DNA of 64,000 nucleotides from a virus (Duplodnaviria; Caudoviricetes): IMG/VR virus record IMGVR_UViG_2739367553_000005, positions 1 to 64,000 of that record; one strand, 5' to 3'. Shown piece by piece: positions 57,688 to 64,000 of this stretch (position 1 is its first letter; each line of letters starts with the position of its first letter). The notes under the pieces were generated by a model. It saw only the letters and a program-made list of their open reading frames with translations, ran no database searches and was not told where the DNA came from. The position numbers and the translations under genes were made by a program.

Positions 57688-58407
57688 TTAAATTTTTTCT
57701 TCTATCCTATTTAGAAATCTTACAAAGTAGTTTGATACATAATATACTTTTAAAGTTGATTCTCCTACACTAACATCTTCTTGATTGCAAAACCCAGTTT
57801 TAGTTGTTCTTATAATAAGGCTTTCTATATCTTCATATGTTAAAGAAAAATCCTTACTTGCCTTTTTTAAAAAAATAAACCAAACATCAACGATCTTTTG
57901 ATATTCTCTTATATTTTTTTTGGGATCATAAAATTCTCCATAATAACTTTTCTCACACTTATATAATTCAATTAATAGTTGCATCTCTCGATAAGATAAT
58001 TCTTCAATACAATGTAGCCATTCTTCATATTCATCTATTTTATATTTGTTTTTGTTTATAAAAGTATTTTTAAATAATGCGGCTAAAAATAAAATTTTAT
58101 CATTTTGTGCAAGCCTGTTTATGACATCAAGAGTCTTAACAAACTCCATAATAAAATTAATATCAGTGACTTTTTCCTTTGTAATTAATTCTGGTTCATT
58201 TAGTATAAATTCACAAAATTCCTTTCTCTTTTTAACTTGGTAATCCTCTATGTTCTTCTCTGCTACAGAATCCAAATAATCACCTATAATGGGTAAATAT
58301 TGAATTAGTTGAGAACGTACAGTATGCAATATTGGATTGGAGTATTTGTCACTAACAGTTTCTGCAATTTTCAATTCTTTCTTCACTTCATTAAATTTAT
58401 CCGACAT
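57688..58407 (-). CDS. hypothetical accessory protein
   Basis: 239 aa, AT-rich, GGGGG RBS-like sequence. Confidence 0.75.
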   Translation of the reverse strand: MSDKFNEVKKELKIAETVSDKYSNPILHTVRSQLIQYLPIIGDYLDSVAEKNIEDYQVKKRKEFCEFILNEPELITKEKVTDINFIMEFVKTLDVINRLAQNDKILFLAALFKNTFINKNKYKIDEYEEWLHCIEELSYREMQLLIELYKCEKSYYGEFYDPKKNIREYQKIVDVWFIFLKKASKDFSLTYEDIESLIIRTTKTGFCNQEDVSVGESTLKVYYVSNYFVRFLNRIEEKI

Positions 58408-58485
58408 TATTTAGTCCCCCTTTATATACCTAATAACAAAATACTATTACTTTTTCAATATAAAAGCAAGTATAACCCTTCCATT

Positions 58486-60111
58486 TCAGGCAAATCTAAG
58501 CTGCGCCTGACTATCATCAATCCTCATGTTAGGCATTCGCTTTCCAATTTTCAAATATGGACAATTCGCTGTAACCAATGCTTCAGCAACAATAGGAACA
58601 ACACTGTTTCCAATACGGGCTACCTGTTCAGAAACCGGATATTTTTTACTCTCATAATCGTGATCTATGATGTAATCCTCTGGGAATCCCTGACCCAGTT
58701 TTAATTCCGGTTCGGCTTTTAGCATTCGAAGGAAGATATCCAGAATTACATATTCATTACCAAGGACCGTAACCAAGGCAAACCGATCTTTTGTCACAAT
58801 AGTATGAAGCGGTTCTTTCAGGCTTACTCCGGTTACATCACCACCATAGTATTTAATGATAAACTGGCTCACCCAAGTACATTTCTGCGCTGTTTCTTCA
58901 TCAACACCCTTCTTTAGCAGTTCTTCCTTACTAATTGCAAGAATACTGACATGTCCAAAATGCCCCGGACTGGTTGTTATTGTATGTATCGGCTCCCATA
59001 AAGGCTGTCCCACTCCCGTCTTATAAAACTTCGTGAGAAAAGCCGCCACCAGTCCATATCGGTTACTGGTGTCAATCGTCATTACAGGTTCATCTACCGA
59101 TTGACCTCTTACCTCGGACATAGAGGTTTCTGAATGATACTGAATCATAATAGGACTAATATAGCAATGTTCATTCTTGGTGACTATTGTGCTCATAGGG
59201 TCTTCAACGGAGCGATTCCGATCTGTACAAAATCCAGTTTGCCCCGACTGCATGATATATGACGTCACAGTGCCAAATCCATGCTTCTGCGTAATTGTAG
59301 GCATAGGCTTATGAATGCTCTGTCCTCGGAAGTGATCACCCCCATGGTTGACCTGAACTATAAACGGTTCCGGACAATTAAAAACATATTTATCCAGTCC
59401 CCTAGCGATCCGGTTCATCGTCTTGTCTGCCAGTGGCTTCTTTCTCCCAAAGATAGACTTTCCTAAATCTGTTAGATCCAGGTGCTTCCAGATAGGCTCC
59501 CACTTTTCAAGCCCATTTGTTCCGTTTTTGTTATGTGTGGGCTCCGGCCAGACAATTGGCCTTCCGTCCCTCCGGAAGATTGCATACCACCGTTTTCTTG
59601 TAGTGGGTGCTCCATAATCAGCAGCTACCAGTTCCCGGCTATCAAAGACATATCCCAGGGACTTCATCGCCGTAATAAATTTCAGGTAGTCTTCCCCTTT
59701 GCGTTCCTTTATGGGATACCCCTCTTTATCTAGCGGTCCCCACTGCTGAATCTCTTCAACATTCTCCATCAGGATAACATCAGGTAGAATGGCTTTCGCA
59801 TGTTTATACACAGCCCATGGAAGAATCCTCAGACCTTTTTCTCTTGGTTTACCGCCCTTTGCCTTACTATGGCTGGTACAATCCGGGCTTGCCCACATCA
59901 AGGCTACATGTCGACCTTTTACATACTTTTGCAGGTCAACCTTGAAGATGTCCTCTGTCAGATGCAGTGTGTCTGGGTGATTCGTTTTATGCATCCTGAT
60001 TGCTTGGGGATTGTGATTAATCGCAATATCTACATGCCTTCCCAACGCCATTTCGATTCCAACGCTTGCTCCACCACCACCGGCAAAGCAATCTATTATT
60101 AAATCTCTCAT
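58486..60111 (-). CDS. DNA cytosine-5 methyltransferase
   Basis: DCFAGGGG, ASPDCT, ENVEE, RKRWY, IGNSV. Confidence 0.9.
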   Translation of the reverse strand: MRDLIIDCFAGGGGASVGIEMALGRHVDIAINHNPQAIRMHKTNHPDTLHLTEDIFKVDLQKYVKGRHVALMWASPDCTSHSKAKGGKPREKGLRILPWAVYKHAKAILPDVILMENVEEIQQWGPLDKEGYPIKERKGEDYLKFITAMKSLGYVFDSRELVAADYGAPTTRKRWYAIFRRDGRPIVWPEPTHNKNGTNGLEKWEPIWKHLDLTDLGKSIFGRKKPLADKTMNRIARGLDKYVFNCPEPFIVQVNHGGDHFRGQSIHKPMPTITQKHGFGTVTSYIMQSGQTGFCTDRNRSVEDPMSTIVTKNEHCYISPIMIQYHSETSMSEVRGQSVDEPVMTIDTSNRYGLVAAFLTKFYKTGVGQPLWEPIHTITTSPGHFGHVSILAISKEELLKKGVDEETAQKCTWVSQFIIKYYGGDVTGVSLKEPLHTIVTKDRFALVTVLGNEYVILDIFLRMLKAEPELKLGQGFPEDYIIDHDYESKKYPVSEQVARIGNSVVPIVAEALVTANCPYLKIGKRMPNMRIDDSQAQLRFA

Positions 60112-60164
60112 TTTTTAAAGAAGCCCGGTATACCCTTACCCCTGCAGGAGGCTGGCTCCTTTCC

Positions 60165-60575
60165 TTATATTTTCTTTCTTGTTCTCCAAATCCGTTCCAG
60201 TTCTTCCAGAGTTACATGGATAAGGAGATTGCTTATAAAGCTGCAATTACCATATTCTTTGGACATGGCCCCAATCATATCAACAAGACCATTCCAGTAT
60301 TCTTCTGTATCATTTGGAGCGCTGTATTTTTTAAACAGCTTCCATGCTCCGGTTAAACATTCTTCATATTGTTTATCCTGAAGAGGAACGCCGCCGGATT
60401 TAATTCTTTTTATTTCTTGCCAAACAACCAAACAAAACAACCTGCGCATTACAGGGTTCACATGCTTTTTTATCATTTGCGCAACATGCTCCGGATTAAC
60501 CATCTGGCGATTTTTCATTAGTTTCCATGCGTCCGTATAAGCGGACCAATATTTTCTAAGTTCATTCTCTTCCAT
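60165..60575 (-). CDS. hypothetical phage protein with internal duplication
   Basis: YTDAWKLMK / LTGAWKLFK repeats. Confidence 0.6.
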   Translation of the reverse strand: MEENELRKYWSAYTDAWKLMKNRQMVNPEHVAQMIKKHVNPVMRRLFCLVVWQEIKRIKSGGVPLQDKQYEECLTGAWKLFKKYSAPNDTEEYWNGLVDMIGAMSKEYGNCSFISNLLIHVTLEELERIWRTRKKI

Positions 60576-60578
60576 CGT

Positions 60579-60929
60579 TTACACCGCCTTGAAAGGAATA
60601 CAATATCGAGCCTTAATTTTTGCCTTATCGTCTATATAAACATCAGCAAATATTTTCCGTGAATCGTTTCCATAAAACTCTACCATTTCAGGTAAGTTCT
60701 CATTCACAGCGTCAAATTCCAGGTCGAATCCTCGACACCATGAAACAGCCTCTTCCAAGCGGTTCCCACATCTGCAAGTCCAAAGAACTATTTTATTTCC
60801 CTCATTACGTCTTATAATCAAATGATTAATCAGTGCCGTGTTCGGACTACCAATTCCGGGCCAGACACTTTCACATAAGGTCCCATCAAAATCAACAGCA
60901 TAAATTGTGTATCTTCTATTTTCGCTCAT
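60579..60929 (-). CDS. HAD-superfamily hydrolase-like phage protein
   Basis: AVDFDGTL, LWTCR, YIDDKA. Confidence 0.75.
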   Translation of the reverse strand: MSENRRYTIYAVDFDGTLCESVWPGIGSPNTALINHLIIRRNEGNKIVLWTCRCGNRLEEAVSWCRGFDLEFDAVNENLPEMVEFYGNDSRKIFADVYIDDKAKIKARYCIPFKAV

Positions 60930-61204
60930 ATTCCACCTCCTTTATACTCCGATCACAAGGAAAGCAACTCTCATCACCAAATCTTCCGTCATAATGTTTA
61001 CAGGTCCCGCAGTTCTTCCCGATCCACCACATTATTTTCTTTCGCAATAGCCTATGTAAGTTATATTTCATCAGCAATATACCTCCATTAATCGCAAAAG
61101 ATCAGAATAAAGAATGCCCATAAGCAATTAGGATTCTTTGTAATACAAATTCCTACAGCTACGGCAATGGCCACACTTACCCATTTAACCCAATTCTTCA
61201 AAGT

Positions 61205-62134
61205 TCAATCTCCTTTCATTTCTATGCAAAAAGATGCTGCTTGGAAAACTATTGCTAATTTTGCTATTAAATCTTTGGTCTGCCGGCGCTCGCTTTCGTC
61301 CATCTGCAGATAATGTTTAATTTTTCGCTCAGGACGACCAGCTCCCCAAGGTCCAGATTCAATCATGCTACGCACTTTATCCAGGTTCTCGGTTAAATAC
61401 ATTTGGTATACCCGTCCACGAATGGCTTTTGCTGACTTACCAATAACTGTTGCCATCTGCTCATATTTCTTTCCTGCAATGATCAATTCACCTAAAAGCG
61501 TAAATTCGTCAGCTGTCCACTTAACGGTATTATCTGCTTTTACTGGACGATCCTTGACTTTAAGATCTATAAGGCGGCGTTGTATTGCCCCTTCAGTACG
61601 CCCCATGAGTTTTGATAACGCCTGTACCCCGTACTGCTGTTTCTTAACCAGTCTGATTAATTTATTATCCTCTGCAGCAGACCATGGTATAGTTTTAATC
61701 CGTCTCCGGTTTTCACAATCATGTCTGCGTTTTCCTTGTACCCACGCAGGTTCTTCCCCCAACGCCAAAGGCTCGAATCGGGAGAAATCAAGAAACGTCT
61801 GATTCTTTTCCGCCCACACCCAGAACTCATTCAAAAAGACTATCTTAAAAGAATTGCTTCTGATCCGCTTCGTATGTATAGGGAAGTCTCTGTTCTTTAC
61901 CCACGAAATCATTTTGTATCCACTACTTGATTTTCCGAGCCCCAATGCCGTCTGTAACTGGTTCCAAGTAACATAATCTCCTGCATCAAGAAAGGCTCCT
62001 AAGCCCATTCGCTGACTCTTTAGAACAACAGCTGTTTCCGTTCTGTTCAGCTTTTTGGCAATACCTTTTACTGATATGGTACCCCACTTTTCTTCAAGGT
62101 AAGATTCATCTTCATGAGACCAATTTCGTTTCAT
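61205..62134 (-). CDS. phage protein with Myb/SANT-like HTH repeats
   Basis: WSHEDE, WSAAED, WTADEF repeats, each followed by IAKKLNRT / LMGRT / VIGKS. Confidence 0.65.
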   Translation of the reverse strand: MKRNWSHEDESYLEEKWGTISVKGIAKKLNRTETAVVLKSQRMGLGAFLDAGDYVTWNQLQTALGLGKSSSGYKMISWVKNRDFPIHTKRIRSNSFKIVFLNEFWVWAEKNQTFLDFSRFEPLALGEEPAWVQGKRRHDCENRRRIKTIPWSAAEDNKLIRLVKKQQYGVQALSKLMGRTEGAIQRRLIDLKVKDRPVKADNTVKWTADEFTLLGELIIAGKKYEQMATVIGKSAKAIRGRVYQMYLTENLDKVRSMIESGPWGAGRPERKIKHYLQMDESERRQTKDLIAKLAIVFQAASFCIEMKGD

Positions 62135-62946
62135 CCTGGCGCCTCTTGAAAATCTGAGATGCGCATTTGTCCTGCAGGTTCAAAATTCATCCATAAGACT
62201 TCTCTCTTTTTACTTGATATTTGTGAATAGCAGATAGTTTCTTCTTTATGCCATCCACATAACCGATCATTATATAGTTTGCTATCATATCCACTTAGTA
62301 ATACCGGTCCTTTATGAGCCTGCAATACGTCTATCAAGTTATTCTGCTGTTTATCCTCCATTTCATAGCGATACTGTTTTCCATGCCTTGTACTCAGCAC
62401 ATACGGAGGATCCGCATAGATTAAAACTTTCGAGTTGTTAAACCGTTCAATTACCTCTGCAGCTGGGCGGTTCTCAATCTGCACTCCCCGGATCCGTTCG
62501 GCTGCCTGCATTATCTTTTCTGGTAACACACACCAGTCTTTTGCAGCATAAGCTTTTTCTCTTCCCTGCACATCGTTTTTCCAGCCCACCTTGCTATTGT
62601 TAGTGCGGAATCCATATCCCATGTTCAGCCTTATGTAAAAATTAACTGCCTTGTCAAAACTATCATCTGGTACCGTTCTAAAGGCGTCATCATAAATTTG
62701 TCTGGCGTAAGGAGTTAAATAAATTTCTCTGGCTAGTCTTTCTGGATCCTTGCGAATCCATTCAAAAAGGTTTACCACATTACCGTCCAGATCGTTTACT
62801 GTTTCAATGTTGGATCGTGGTTTATTAAATAGCACAGCTCCGCTGCCGAAGAATGCTTCTAAATAACTGTGATGTTCCGGGAAGAAACTTATGATCCAAT
62901 CTGCTATACTCCATTTACTTCCCGGATATTTCATAACTGCTTTCAT
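62131..62946 (-). CDS. DNA adenine methyltransferase (Dam/D12-like)
   Basis: YPGSK, EAFFGSGAV, YADPPY. Confidence 0.9.
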   Translation of the reverse strand: MKAVMKYPGSKWSIADWIISFFPEHHSYLEAFFGSGAVLFNKPRSNIETVNDLDGNVVNLFEWIRKDPERLAREIYLTPYARQIYDDAFRTVPDDSFDKAVNFYIRLNMGYGFRTNNSKVGWKNDVQGREKAYAAKDWCVLPEKIMQAAERIRGVQIENRPAAEVIERFNNSKVLIYADPPYVLSTRHGKQYRYEMEDKQQNNLIDVLQAHKGPVLLSGYDSKLYNDRLCGWHKEETICYSQISSKKREVLWMNFEPAGQMRISDFQEAPG

Positions 62947-63059
62947 TTTTCTTGAAAGGAACCCAGCGCGCTTTTCCTAGGAAGGTTCCGGCTCCTTTCT
63001 TTATTTTGTTGACCCTTTACTTAAAATATTTTATAATAAATGAAAATAGGAGGTGTAAA

Positions 63060-63347
63060 ATGGTGAACTATTCTATAATCCAATATGAAACTGAAAAGGG
63101 CATTATTAAAGTTGAAGTGAAAGTACATGATAACGTCATAACTGTTAAAAACTTAGACAATGATTGCTGGCAAAGCCCCTTCGATGAATCGCTGGAATTT
63201 GATATGTGTGAAACCAGCCGTATTAACGATCTAGATTCAAACGAAATGCTTGCTATCCTAGACACCTTAAGGGGTGATTTCGATTGCTCCATTATTACAG
63301 GTTCTGAAACCCAACCCAATACTATAAATTTTCTTGATATTCCTTAA
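63060..63347 (+). CDS. small acidic hypothetical protein (start MVNYS)
   Basis: AGGAGG RBS before the ATG at 63060. Confidence 0.6.
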   Translation: MVNYSIIQYETEKGIIKVEVKVHDNVITVKNLDNDCWQSPFDESLEFDMCETSRINDLDSNEMLAILDTLRGDFDCSIITGSETQPNTINFLDIP

Positions 63348-63420
63348 AACGGGTCTTATAGACTCGTTTTTTTATACGTCAAATCCTAATTTACCTGATT
63401 AAACTCTATGTTTTTAGTAC

Positions 63421-63459
63421 AAAAAAACTACCAACTGAATGTTGATAGTTGGTAGTTTT
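63421..63459. terminator. bidirectional terminator, hairpin family copy 3
   Basis: AAAAAAACTACCAACT-N10-AGTTGGTAGTTTT; compensatory C-G pair. Confidence 0.75.
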
Positions 63460-63985
63460 AAAATTCTAAACTTTTTATTTCATAAATTTTTAAAGGAGTA
63501 CTTACTTTCTTTTTTCCGCTTATACGGTATTCCAGATACACTTTAAAACCGCTCCTAAGTCTTTCTGGGTTCCAGAATATTTCCCGCTGCCGATATCTTA
63601 CTTTTACTGTTGTTTTAGATTCTATGTTTAACAAATTCTCTAATTCATTAACATCGTCTTCGCAACTAAATAGATTCCCAATTTCTACTTTATTTCCATC
63701 CGAATATTCTAAAAGCACTTTACAATCACTCATTCCAGATGTATGTTTTTTAGAATTATATGCAGTTATGTTAAATTCTATAGTCATATCATCAGGTATC
63801 CTACCAATGCATTTGGGTATCACATTATGTTCTGAATCTTCGTACAGTGCTTTATAACCAATATTAAGCATAGTAAGTTCACATTCCAATTTGATTCCCC
63901 CGAAATTATCAGTAATAAGGTCAACAGAAAATCCTAACATAGATTCCAACAGCGGAAAAACAACACCTGTAACTATCTGGTCCAC
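63458..63985 (-). CDS. hypothetical accessory protein
   Basis: 175-aa ORF; possible upstream extension beyond the window edge. Confidence 0.6.
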   Translation of the reverse strand: MDQIVTGVVFPLLESMLGFSVDLITDNFGGIKLECELTMLNIGYKALYEDSEHNVIPKCIGRIPDDMTIEFNITAYNSKKHTSGMSDCKVLLEYSDGNKVEIGNLFSCEDDVNELENLLNIESKTTVKVRYRQREIFWNPERLRSGFKVYLEYRISGKKKVSTPLKIYEIKSLEF

Positions 63986-64000
63986 ATTATCACCCCCCTA

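Overview
The window is almost entirely a temperate siphovirus-like prophage (about 1.1 kb to beyond the right edge, mostly on the minus strand). The host is probably Lachnospiraceae/Clostridia, inferred from the gene families and cell-wall-binding repeats; a host CgeB-like gene occupies 1-981. Present are the head/tail module (portal to tape measure, 2.5-14.8 kb), lysis and tail-fibre genes (19.9-34.7 kb), terminase genes, four orphan DNA methyltransferases, a tyrosine recombinase and a tRNA-Gln-like gene. No prophage integrase, repressor or att site is identifiable in the window. The late genes are in non-canonical order (terL, then Dit/Tal/fibre/lysis, then portal to TMP), and each of the two blocks is preceded by the same 39-bp promoter-like motif. 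The most striking structure is a tail-fibre tip switch: a perfect 15-bp inverted repeat (CTAAATAGCAATTTA = LNSNL, 26351-26365 and 26966-26980) brackets two tail-to-tail, in-frame alternative C-termini. Four more copies of the site occur nearby; two lie in a conserved ~54-bp element (also present at the 26351 site) that partitions accessory genes into cassette-like units, and one heads a third, orphan fibre-tip domain. The prophage also carries many candidate defence or accessory genes: AbiH, Abi-alpha/DUF4393, a ShosTA-like PRTase+DprA pair with an FRG protein, a DUF4365 pair, an AbiJ_NTD3-kinase fusion, an HNH operon, a DUF4160/DUF2442 TA pair and a thrombospondin-C-like secreted protein. A candidate pseudoknot sRNA and an 8-copy operator array are also present. 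All family assignments are from motif recognition by eye; no database searches were run.
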